Below are positions 10,678 to 22,600 of a stretch of 43,933 bases of DNA, in pieces (positions within the stretch are counted from its first letter, which is position 1; every line of letters starts with the position of its first letter). Position numbers and translations under genes: made by a program. Origin of the DNA: Basidioascus undulatus (lineage: Eukaryota); assembly GCA_000826855.1 (NCBI GenBank), contig JTLS01000026.1:1-43933 (forward strand), written 5' to 3'. Below the pieces are notes generated by a model that saw only the letters and a list, made by a program, of their open reading frames with translations, did no database searches and was not told where the DNA came from.

Positions 10678-11645
10678 GTTGGCTGGCAAGACCCAAGGAC
10701 GAAGGTCGACGGTGATGAGTTGTGAGCACCCCTCCGCACGGTTAAAACGTTACTGGCGGCTAAGAGAAGTGCTTGGCGAGACAAGAGTGCTGCGAAGCAA
10801 CGGAACGTTGATTAGAATATAGGTCCGCCGCGTCCGTCACGAGAGCGGCAGGAGAGCGAGAGCGGCACTGTGGGCTGAACAATGAGTGGTCAAAGGTGAA
10901 ACAGCTCAGTCCCCGTTTCGGACGTCGCTCCTGCCCAGACTTTCGGCTTTGAATAATCTGTCCTGGGCAAAGAACAATAAAAATGTATGAGAGAAGGGCG
11001 CTGTAGTGGGCTTTACGCGGCTCGACGATGCTGCGTGCTGTGCCGGCACGGAGCCATAAAATTCCTTGTCGCGAAGCCTTATAAATCAAGCTTGGACTAT
11101 GCTACTCAGAATCCTAAGTTCGTTGTCTCGCACTAGGCATGGTGTCAGCAGTGACCGATTGAATGAGAACAAGGACGCAAAGGGACCAGCCACAAAGGAA
11201 GCCCGCAGCACAGGCCATCGCCTCCTCCCGCAACGGGATGCTCGTTGTCCAGTACAGTTCGTCTGGTCATGAGGCCACATTTGAGCGCGAAAGGCTGTTC
11301 AGTAACCTTTTGTACTCGTCTGAATACTTAGTGCGTGATTACAGGACACAGACGAATGCGTATAAGCCGGTGTACCATTTTTCAACAAGTCCGGCGCAAC
11401 GACCCATTTTTCGTTCGGATATTTGCTTAGGTTGAAAAATGCCTAAACAAACGCTGAAATTTGATGGGATAAACAGCAGCACGTTACATTAATCGGTCGA
11501 TCAAACATAGTCCTCCGTCCTGAACGAAGGGGTATCAAGAGTGTGGGAACGGCTTCCGCTTCGGCAAATAGAAGGAAAAATGAGGCAAGTGTGCAGAGGC
11601 CCGACGGCTTTTTGGTGAGTGGAAAGGAAGATTGCGTGGATGCAT

Positions 11646-13657
11646 CTAAGCTGGCGCAGGGACCCCCCTATTTTAGATCAAATGCATCAGCATTTGACAA
11701 GCTCAAAGCGCGACAGGGGATTAAGGAATACTCACCCGTCCTCCTTCATCCCCGTGAGCGCCCGCGCTACCTCACCAGCCCTGACCGCACCCACACTGAG
11801 CAGCCCGTCGCTGAGCCCGTGGCTCTTCTCGTTGAAGCCGAGCACGAACACCCGTGCTTTCCAAGCGCCGTCGGACGCCGGCGGGAGGTAGTGCTCCCTT
11901 TGGACGAGCTGGTGCTCGGCGGGAGTCGACCCGTTGAGGAAAGACGAGAGCGTCGGAAGGTAGGGAGCGCAAGAGGAGAGGAAGGAAAGAGAGGAGGGAG
12001 GACGGTGGTAGCCCGTGCCGAGGAACACGGCGGTGTAGTTTTCGGTGGAAGAGGTGGAGGACGAAGAGGAAGGCAGAAGCGAAGAGACGGTCAAGGAGAC
12101 GGTAGGCTCGCCGGACTGCGGCTTAGAGGCCTGGAGAGGGACGCATGAGGTGACGTGCGAGTTGGCGAGGATGCGGTGGGTAGGAGCGGGAGGAGGGGAG
12201 TTGGGAGAAAGGAGCGAGGCGTCGGACTGGACGCGCTGGCGGTAGAGCGTCTTGTACATGCTTTCGAGAAGCTATGGGGGAATGTGGCGTCAGTGCCGTG
12301 GTTGCAATCCAGTAGGGAAGTGAAGAGAGAAGGGAAGGAAGCGGACCTCTGGAGCAATGCAGCTGTAGTTGGCACGCTTGAACTCGTGCAACCTTTCGAG
12401 ACGATCGGACACCGGGAGAGCGTGGAACTCGTCCGTGGATGCCGGGTCGAACGCACGCGCGTTCACGAAGGGACTGTCGTCAGCGGGGACGAGCGCAGAG
12501 GACCGGTGGATCATGTCGACGGAGGCGCGTGGGTAGCGTGAGAGCAGGTCGTTGAACACCTTGGCGTCGCGACATAGAGGTCAGCCTTGGGGATCGAACT
12601 GGGAACGGGGAGGGAGACGTACCTCAGCGCAAGACTGTCCTCCACCCACTACGGCAAAACGACCAGAGAAGGAGAGGTCCCCCTCATCCGATCCAAAGAT
12701 GCGGCGGAGAGTAGGGAGGTAGTCCGACGTGTGCGCCACGAAGCCCTCGCCCCCGGCGGGGAGCGTGAGGGGCTTGAAGAGCGAAGGGATGACCGGCGTA
12801 GCGCCAGTGCCGACGGAAAGGTTGCGCGTGTAGCGGACATGGAGCGTGTTCGTCGTAGCGTCAAGGCTGCCCAGGGATGTTAGGAAATGGCGGTGCGTAG
12901 ATGCGGAAGGGATGGACGAACCAAGTCACTTTGAGTATCTTCGCCGAGCCTGAGACAGATGGCATGGGCTGGACAGAGAGAACACGATTCGAATACGCTG
13001 CGAGGTGCTACAGGAAAACGATCATGAGAAGACGATCAGCGAGAAATGACATCATGTGGGAGATGGGAGGATCGACGCACGCCGAGCCTCGTCGCCGCCC
13101 AAGCTAGGTAGCCCGCCCACTCTGCGCGCGAGGGAGTCCATGAACCAATGTTGGAGAAGCCGACAAGGCGCTTTAGCCCGTGCGAGTGCAGATACGAGAT
13201 GAACGAGTAGGTGCTTTGCGGGTTGCGGAACGTCTGCAGCGGATGCAGTCGGATGTTGTGACAGTCAGGGGTTATTTCGAGAGAGATGGACGGCAAGGTC
13301 ACGAACAGCGAGGTCCTTGAGGAAAGATATTTGCATGCGTGAAGCCGGAAGCAAGAGAGCTGGGTGCCTGTGGACTGCCTCCGTCAACGGAACCCGTCCG
13401 CGTGGACGTCTCCCTCCGAGGACGCACCAGCTGAACCCGTCCTTCGCTTCAACGAACACCGCCCTCTTCCCAGGATGCTCCTCCTCGAACGCAATCGCCA
13501 GCGCGAGGTGTGTCGGGCCGAACCCAATGCCCAGAAGGTCGTACGGCTCCGGGTCAGTCTGCACGGGGAGGTCGCTCAACAGCGGCGTGGGCGGGTGCGA
13601 CGACGGCGGAGAGAGGGGAGGGGTGGGCGAGTAGTGCATCGGGGGCGTGGTGGTCAT
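11646..13657 (-). CDS. sidA: L-ornithine N5-monooxygenase (hydroxamate siderophore biosynthesis; Sid1/SidA)
   Basis: YDLLGIGFGPTHLALA (FAD site), FSW|HPALLLPASRMQISFLKDLA, TFRNPQSTYSFISYLH, FAVVGGGQSCAE (NADPH site), ALVPADDSPFVN, ANYS, VFLGTGY and FNEKSHGLSDGLLSVGAVRAGE. Multi-exon, with a short last exon GVPAPA* (TAG 11646-11648). No lesion seen. Confidence 0.95.
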
Positions 13658-13782
13658 GGTGTCGCGATCGAGAGTTGGAGGGGAGGAGGAGAGTGTTTTG
13701 TGAACGAGAAAGAGAAGACCGGGTAGCAAAAAAGAAGACGGGTCTGCTGCGCTGGAGCTCGCAAAAGATGCGCCGTTTCGGC

Positions 13783-13791
13783 TTATCAGAT
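13783..13791 (-). promoter_or_regulatory. Iron-repressor GATA box (SreA/Urbs1-type) ATCTGATAA upstream of sidA
   Basis: Plus strand reads ttatcagat, i.e. ATCTGATAA on the minus strand, ~125 bp upstream of the sidA ATG. It matches the ATCWGATAA consensus known for SreA-type factors. Confidence 0.7.
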
Positions 13792-16005
13792 GGATCGCTG
13801 CCGGTAGCGTCTTGTCGTGTGAGCGGCCGTCCGGTCCGAAAGGTTCTCACGCACCGCTGAAAAAACTCGTGGGTGGTGCGGACGTGGGCGGCCAGTGAGA
13901 GCCTCGGAGGCGAGGCGAGGGGAGAAGATCGGGAATGGAGGGCAGCCCAAGACGACGCTAGACTAGCGCGATCCGAGTATCAGATGACAGAGATAAGATC
14001 GTGGGTGTGATGTTGTGGAGGACGCTCCTTATTTCAAGGGCCCGCGCTAGGACTTGGCCGGAGAAGAGCAAGCGCAAGGCACGAGCCAGGGGCCGGGATG
14101 GTGCGATCTGGGGTCGAATTAGAGGTTCCGTGACGATCGTCAGGTTTATCAAGATTCTAATCAATCTGCTTCCGAACGGCGGCGGATTTGTTGTCGCCGC
14201 ACAACCGCTCTACATTCCTGCAAGTTTGGTGTTTCCATCCGCACCTAAAAACAGGAAGAAAGGTCCTAGACAACAGGTTCATATTCTTTGGGAAAACGCA
14301 AGCCCGCGCCTTCAGTGCGTGCCAGTAGTAGTGCTGGAAGCGGCAGGCGACTCAACATCGCAAATGAAGCGAAGTGCTGCGTTACTGCGCCGTGGTACTC
14401 GTCCCGACGCCCATTGTGTCACTGAACTGAATGGATAAAACAAGAAAAAAAGTAGAGAAATTACTGGGAAGAGCTGAAACCTCGAGCAAGTCAACTCTCA
14501 GAGGTATAGGCCAGGAGCATGGACGGGTTTGGGCAAGGAGCGGACCTTGATCAATCACCAAGCAACAATGAGGGCCGAGGTCGACCTCTGATGCTTTGAA
14601 ATACCTCCCGATGTAGCTCAAGGACTGAGTACGGAATACCAACCCAACTGTAAGTCCCTGAACTGTGAGGTACAGATGGCAGTCCAGGACATGCGGCCCG
14701 CGGGCGAGACTGCCGAATGGTGCCACTCGGGGATGATAGCTGTGCGTGCTGTTCACAAGAAGATACCGGTATCATTGGACAGAGACTGTGATGTGTCGGC
14801 GAAGTACTAAGGACGAGGCGAAGCCGTAAGCAGTGCTGCAAGGCGGGCGTAGTGGGCCGAAGCCAGAGATAAGATAAGGAAGCGAAAGGTGCACGTCTAA
14901 CGTTACCGCACCCTTAAACTCCGGGGATCTCAGTGAGAGCAGGAACACTTGCCCCAATTTAATCAGGGTGGACTTGCCACGTGGTGAGGTTGACTGTGAG
15001 CCCACGAGAATGGGCAGTTGGATGTGGGATTTTCACTCCGCCTTGCCAGCGTTGCGATCACTCCCTGCCTGAGGCTGACTGAGCCCAGTCAAGAGACTTC
15101 AGGTCATCCCAGCCACTTTATGAATTTATATAGACGTTCTATCCTCGACAGTGCCGCCCGTGGAGCGAGTGAAGGTGAGCCGCCAGGCTGCGCTGTCCAA
15201 GTCTGTCCCAAACCACTCGAGGCCCCCCTCGAAGTGGACACCCCCAAGCTAACCAAAATTTTTGAAATACAACATGTTATATCACGTTTGTGAATGGCCG
15301 AACATTGTACACACAGTAGCTCAGTTGCGACAGTCGGTCTTGTAAATCACCGCACAAATGCATTGCAGTCTGAGGAGACCGGGTTCCATTGCAGGACTGG
15401 ATCGCTGCAAAACGAGCAGATAAAAAGGGGTTTTCCTTCGGGGTGTACCAAGATGGTGAGACTGTTTATGGCTCACTGTGTTCAGTCCTCTTTAGAGGTC
15501 CACACCCATTTCCAAACTTTCAGCACCTCAGAGACTCAGCATAGACGTCAGATGACGTTTAACCCATGAAATTAGAGCCACAACAGGGAATCATAATCCC
15601 TACAAGAGGACTTTATACCCCTCGTCCCTTTGAGAGACATTGAGGATGAGGAAAGTACTATTCTTTCAAGGTGCTGAGCACCAACTCGGTTGCGTCCGCC
15701 GCAATGCCACAGCTAGCGCTCCACTTCCTCTTCGCTTTCGAAATTGCTTCAGAAATACCAAATACCAAGCGCTGCTTCCAACCAGCATTCGACAACGCAG
15801 AGTCGCACTGCTGGCCTGAATCCCGAGTCTCCCTCCAGTTTTCACTGAAGAATTTTCACCTTGTTCACCCAAATTTCGAACGCCGTTCACCGGGATCAGT
15901 GAGTCCGTGGCGTGACACTAATAAAAGGAGGTTTGGCTTGCGCTGCGCGACGACGACGGCTCATGCAACAAGGTTCAAGCAAGTTCAAGGGTTTCTTCTG
16001 CATCT

Positions 16006-16147
16006 TTATCGATCATCTAATTAGATAAGGGGGCCGATTGATAAGTAAAACGCGGTGATCTCCGGTGAAATTTTCGAAAGCACCCGAACCTTCGCTTTTT
16101 GTGTGAGGGCACATGAGCATCTACTTCGAGCAGACTTATCAAGATAA
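16006..16147. promoter_or_regulatory. Cluster of HGATAR motifs in the sidA-NRPS intergenic region
   Basis: ttatc (16006), agataag (~16023), tgataag (~16039) and an inverted pair ttatc-aa-gataa (~16136-16147) in a relatively AT-rich patch. Confidence 0.45.
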
Positions 16148-16466
16148 ATTCAATAAAGCTTGGGAAGATGCTGTACAAGGCATACGAGGAAAAAGAGTGC
16201 TCGAGAGCTGCGTCTTTTTGCTGGCTGCTGAGTCAGCAGCCCCTCGATCGTTGATCCTGGTCATCTCCCGGATTTCTCCTTCACCTCCTGTGGCCATAAC
16301 ATATTCCGTGCTATCCTGCGCAGCGGACGGGCAGGAACTCTACGCCGGCACCCGCCCTCCACCAGACCAGTCCCCTGACTAGCCGGCCCTACGCGGTCGT
16401 TCGTCTATCGGGCGCTCTCGTCCGAGAGGAACGATGTGATTTTACCGAGGTGCACTTGTCGCTCGG

Positions 16467-16475
16467 ATCTGATAA
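16467..16475 (+). promoter_or_regulatory. Iron-repressor GATA box ATCTGATAA upstream of the NRPS
   Basis: Exact atctgataa ~225 bp upstream of the NRPS ATG, identical to the box in front of sidA. Confidence 0.7.
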
Positions 16476-16699
16476 CGGATCAAAGTGGAGGCGATGGAGG
16501 GAAGGCGGGGCTGAAGGAGGAGGACAAGGAAGACACTGATTGCTCGTCCGTACGAAGACGCAGCAGTCCCCCTTTTCGTCTTTTCGACGCCTTGCTGCCG
16601 ACAAGTTCCCTCGTATTCACCATCTCGAAAGACTCCAACACCCACACTCAAGAGATACACTCCGAAATATCCTCATCGAAAGCCAACACCTCGCACACC

Positions 16700-19600
16700 A
16701 TGTCCGACCCACATACCGACCCTCCCCATCTCTCGGCGATCCTGAACGCCTCCGCCCTCAGCTTCAGGCCTCCATCGACGCTCCTTCATGAGCCATTCCT
16801 CGAGCGCGCCAAATCAACCCCGAGCTCACCCGCGCTCGTCTTCTGCTCGTCCGACTCCGGCCCGCCGAGCACGCTCACCTACGCCGAGCTCGATGCGCGT
16901 TCGGCCGCCCTCGCGCGCACTCTCCGCGCCCGACTCGGAGCCCAGGCGCAGGGGAACGGGCAGCCCATAGTCCCGCTCGCGCTCCCGCCCTCCCCCGAGC
17001 TCTACATCGCCTACCTCGCAGTCCTCCGCGCGGGATGCCCGTTCTCCCCGCTCCCCCAGCTCGACGCCGCCCCCGCCGAGCGCCTCCGCGAACTCGTCGC
17101 GGCCTTGGGTGCTCGGATCGTCCTGGGTCTGGGCGAGCGCGAAGAGTGGATGGCCGGGCTTGAGGGCGTGCAGTGGGTGGATGTGAGGGAGGGCGTGGAA
17201 GATGGTACGGCGCTGTCGATCGACGAGCGCGACTGGGACGCGCCCGGGGAGGACGATCTCGCGTACGGTGCGTGCAATTTTCATCTACGCCATCTCGTCT
17301 TAGCGTATTTTAACGTCTCACACCCACTTTTCGGCGGTCATTGCAGTCATGTTCACCTCGGGCTCGACCGGAAAGCCCAAGGGCGTCCAGATCACCCACC
17401 GCGCCGCTGCGTCTTCCATCGCCGCTCATCTCGCCGTCAAGCCCCTTTCTGCCGACGCTCGCTGGTTCCAGTTTGCAGCCTCTACCTTTGACCCGGTGCG
17501 CCTTGATCAGTTCTGTTAAAATCGCAGAAAAACACTTATTGTGTTTCGGCGTGGCTGCAGTCTCTCATGGAGACGTTCATGACGCTCTCCTCGGGCGCGA
17601 CGCTCTGCGCCGCCGACCGCTACCTCCTGCTCACCGACCCGGAGAAGATAATTCGCATCCTCGAGTGCACGCATATGAGTGCGTCTATTTTTTTGTTTTC
17701 GCGGTATTATTTTCTCTATGCTGATCAGGTACTTTCATCCCAATGATAGTGGCTACGCCGAGCATGGCAGCCGTCCTGCGCCGCGACGCCCTGGGCCCCA
17801 ACTTCCGCGAGCTGTGGACGATGGGCGAGAAGCTCACGGACAACGTGATTGAGGCGTTCTCGAGCGGCGACGGCGAGGGGCTGATGAACGCGTACGGCCC
17901 GACCGAAGCGTGCGTTCCCCCACCTTTCCCTCACCTCCTCACGCAGCTGACGCCCTCTTTCTCCCATCGCAGCGCGATCAACGTAACCCTCCGCCCGCAC
18001 CCCCTCAACACGCCCGGCTCGAACCTCGGCGCGCCCCTCCCCTCCGCAGCGGTCCTCATCCTCCCCCCCGCGCCGGCTGCGCCGGAGCCGCTCCCCTTCG
18101 GCACAGAGGGCGAGCTCGCGATCGCCGGCCCGCAGCTTGCGCGCGGGTACTTCGGCCAGCCTGAGCGCACCGCCGAGGCGTTTGTGGACGTGCCTGGCGT
18201 CGGGCGTGCGTACCGCACGGGCGACAAGGCGAAGATCGAGAACGGGGAGGTCATGTTCTTGGGACGCATGGAGGCGGACCAGGTTAAGATCAACGGGAAG
18301 CGGGTTGAGCTCGGGGAGGTGCGTTGAGTTTCTAAGTCATATTGTTCATTCAGCTGCTTACCGGAATCCTGACTTATTCTTATATCCATTCCAGATTGAC
18401 GCTATCCTCTCCCGTACTTCGAGCGTCCAATCCGCCCTCTCCCTCATCTCCGCCGACACGCAGCTCGTCGCGCTCCTCGTCCCCTCCCCCGACTCCGCCA
18501 CGCCCGAGTCCGACCTGATCGTCTCCGCGCGCGACACCGCTGCGCGCCTCCTCCCGCAGCACATGCAGCCGCTGCACTACTTCGTTGTCCCCGCCGTCCC
18601 GCGCTCGGCAGCGGGCAAGACGGACCGCAAGGCTGCGCAAGCGATTGCCGCTGCGCGGCTCGCCGAGGCCCCCGCTGCCCGGGACGCTTCCGCGCCGGAC
18701 GCGGATGTCCCCGTCGACGAGGAGATGCTCGGGGACGTCAAGGCTGCTGTGGCAGAGACGGCGGGCGTGAATGTCGGGGCTGTCGCGGACGAGGCGAACT
18801 TGCTCGCACTCGGGATTGACTCGCTTAGGGGGATCAGGCTCCTTCAGCGCCTGCGCGAGCGTGGGCGGGAGGGACTGACTATTGTGGACGTTGTGAGTCT
18901 TCCATCTTCTCAGTACTTTCCTTCCCATCCTCAAGCGCTGACAACTCTCCGCCCACAGCTTCAAAACCCCACCCCGCTCTCTCTCGCGCGCCTTCTCTCT
19001 GCTCCCCCCACGCACGCCCCCTCCGCCTCCTCCGTCGTCCCGAGCCTCTCCGTCCCCGCCTCCCTCCTCGCGCACCTCCCCTCCCAGCCCACCTCCCTCT
19101 ACCCCGCGACGCCGACGCAGTCCGGCATCCTCACGACCTACCTCGCCGGTTCCTCGCCGCAGGCCGCCTACCTCCACACCTCAGTGCACCACCTCGCGCC
19201 GTCCGTCGACGCCGCGCGGCTCAAGGCCGCCTGGGCGGAGGTCCGCATGAGGCACGATGTGCTTAGGTCCGCGTTCGTAGCGCTCCCGCCCGAGGTCGGG
19301 AAGGGCGTCGCGTTTGCGGGGTGCGTCTTGCCGCCTGGGCAGGAGGAGAAGTGGGTGGAAGAGAAGGGCCAGATTTTGGGGGAGATGGTGGAGCAACACT
19401 TGGAGCGCGTCCATGAGCGCGTGGGGATCGAGGGGAGGCTCGTCGTCCCTGCGCTGTTGGAGGACAAGGCGGGCAAGAGGGCGTTTGTTCTGACTTTGCA
19501 TCACGCGCTGTTCGGTTCGTTTTCTTCTCTGCCTTTCCTCCGTTTCTCACACATGCTGACGTCTTGACTCGTTCACAGACGGCGGCTCCCTCGCCCTCAT

Positions 19601-22600
19601 CCTGCAAGAGCTTTCGACGCTCTTCGCCGACCCCGCCGCGCCCATCTCGCGCACGCCCTTCTCCCACGCCCTCGCGCACGCGTACTCGTTCGACGCAAGC
19701 GAGAACGAGGCGTACTGGAGCTCGAAGCTCGCCGGTGCGTCTCTTCTTCGCTCCAGCCCTGTTTTCTTCCCAGCTCAACCTGCTTTGCTTTTACTGCCGA
19801 TACCTGCAGGCCACTCGCCCGACCCCTTCCCCGACCTCTCCGGCCTCCGCCCTCGTGCCAAGAGCGGAAGGTCCGAGGTCGAGACGATCGTCAGCCAGCT
19901 CAGTTGGGACGCGCTGGCGCAGCGCGCGCAGGAGCTCCGGACTACCCCGCTCGCGGCGGTGCAGGCTGCGTGGGCTGCGCTCCTCGTGCGTTACTTTCTT
20001 CGCTTCCTGTTGCTTTCCCCTCCGTAACCTCAAGCTCACTACGCACGCCTGCAGTACGCCTACTCCGAGGCGGACAGCCCCTCCGTCGTCTTCGGCTCGG
20101 TCATCTCGAACCGCTCGACGCCCGAGCTCGCCACCTGCGTCGGCCCGACGTTCACCACCGTCCCTGCGCGCCTGCCTTCCTCCGACGGCCTCACGAACGG
20201 CGACGTCCTCGCGCACTTCGCCCGGGACAACGTCGACGCTCTCCGCCACCCCATCCCGCCTTCCAGTGCGATTAAGGGACCGGACGGCCTCGTGTATGAC
20301 ACGACTGTCGCGCTTCAGCGGTTCGAGGCGGGCGCGAGGCAGAGTCCGCTCTGGGATAAGGTGGACTGGCCGGCGATGACGAGCGAGGTGCGCTGCCTAT
20401 TGTGTACTTCTGTTGAGGATCAAGCGGGACTGACAAGCCGACCCGTATGGCTGCTTGACAGTTTGCCGTCATGCTCGAGCTCTGGCCGCACCCGACGACA
20501 AGCGCGATCGACATCCGCGCAACGTTCAGCACCTCCATCCTCACCCGCTCCGCCACCACCGCGATGCTCGAGCAGTTCGACGACGTCCTGAGCCACATCC
20601 TGCACCACCCCTCCGCGCCCTACCTGTCCGCTCCCTCGCATGTCCGCCCCGCCCTTCTCTCCGCCATCAACCCGCACCCCGCGCTCCTGGCCGTGCCCGA
20701 CGGCGAGCTCCTCCACTCCCAGTTCGAGCGCAACGCGCGCGAGAAACCCGACGCGCTCGCGGTCTGGTTTAAGTACCAGGTCGCGGGCGGGCAGGACGTC
20801 AAGTGGACGTACAAGAGCTTGAACGAGAAGGCGAACAAGGTCGCGAGGGTTCTGAGGGGCTTGTGTGGCGGGTTGACGGACCAGCCCGTGCCGCTGTGCT
20901 TGGACAAGAGCCCGGAGCTCTACCTTGCCGTGTTGGCTGTCCTCAAAGTGCGTCCCCAGGTCATCTCCAACCGGCCGTCCGCTTCTGACGCTGGTCCTTT
21001 CAGGCCGGCGCTGCCTGGTGCCCCATCGACCCGGCCTTCCCGACCCAGCGCAAGTTCGACCTCCTCACGCGCGCCGCAGGCCGCGTCGTCGTCGTTGCCT
21101 CCGCGTCTGACCGGGCGGAGCTCCTCGGGTCCGGCGCCGTGCCCGAGGGCGTGCATGTCCTCGCGCTCGATGACCCGCGCATCGCCGCAGAGCAGGGCGG
21201 CTCGGACCTAGGAGACGTCGGGACGCGCCCGGAGCACCTCGCGTACCTGATCTGGACGAGCGGAACGACGGGACTGCCGAAGGTGCGAGTCGAGCTTCCG
21301 AAGTTCGCGCATCCGGAAGGGGACTTTGGGTGCTGATGCGTAGCTGTTTGGGCGGGTAGGGCGTGCCGATCGAGCACAGGGCTGCGGTGCAGAGCTTGAA
21401 GGCCCTGCAGGACGCGATTCCGTGGAGGACGGACGGTGTCCGGTGCTTGCAGTGCGTTTCGCTGATACTCAGCTCTAGCCTTTTTCAACCGGCGATACTG
21501 AGCTCCTCGTTTACACAGGTTCTCGGCATACACATTTGACGTCTCAGTACACCTCTCCCTCTTCTTACCTTATGTGGAGAGCTAGCTAACGCCTTGAATC
21601 ACACCGCAGGTGCAAGACTTCTTCTACACCTGGGGCGAGCCAGCCGGCACGCTCTGTTCAGCGACGCGCGACGTCCTCCTCGGCCAGTTCGCAGACCTCT
21701 GCAACGAGGTTGAGGCGACGCACGCTTTCGTTAGTCATGCTCGCTCTCCCCCCACCCATCCGCTCTCTCCGTTCCCTTTCTCGTTTCCGGCACTCTGACA
21801 AGACGTTCCTTCTCGCCTTTCAGCTCACCCCCGCATTCATGGCCACGGTTCCCCTCAAGTCCTGCCGGACTTTCCAAGCGCTCACGAGCATTGGCGAGAA
21901 GCTGCCCGACGCCGTCGCGGACGCATGGTGCGCGGAGGGGGTTGTGAGCATCAACTCGTATGGCCCGGCAGAGAGCACCATCGTTTCGACCGGTGAGTCT
22001 TGGCGGAGACTAACGGGCACAAAATGAGACTGAAAATGCTCGGAGGTGGGCAGCGCGAACGTGGACGCCGGGCGAAGCGTGCAAGGCGCACAACGTTGGT
22101 CTGCCCCTGCCGACCATTAGCTGTTTCGTCGTCAAGGGCGACGAAGTTCTCCCGCGGGGCGCAGCTGGCGAGCTAGGTCCGTATCATTTCTCCTCTCTCG
22201 GTTTCGAGGGTATGTAAGGTTTCCACCTCTGACATGCATGACCTCCAGCGCTCGGCGGACACCAAAACGCCCGCGGTTATCTCCGCCAGCCCGACAAGAC
22301 TGCCGCGAAGTTCGTCGATCATCCGGTGGCGGGACCTGTCTATCTGACCGGCGATGTGGTGCGGTGCGTCTGCTCTGAACCTCGAGCGACTTGCGCCGAA
22401 ACTGACGATTGCGCTTGGACTCATCTGTCTCAGCATCCTTCACGATGGGACTTGCGAGTTCGTCGGCCGCACGGACGACCTGGTCAAGATCGGCGGGATC
22501 CGCATCGAGCTCAGCGAGATCAGTGCGGCGATCAACGAACCACACAAGCTCGCAAGGGAGGCGGCGACGCTGCAGCTGACACGCCCCGAGTGCGTCCTTC

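Noticed and set aside
14000..15960. Short ORFs in the sidA-NRPS spacer considered as a hidden acyltransferase or transposon
   Set aside because: No recognisable motif, consistent splice pattern or terminal repeat found by eye.
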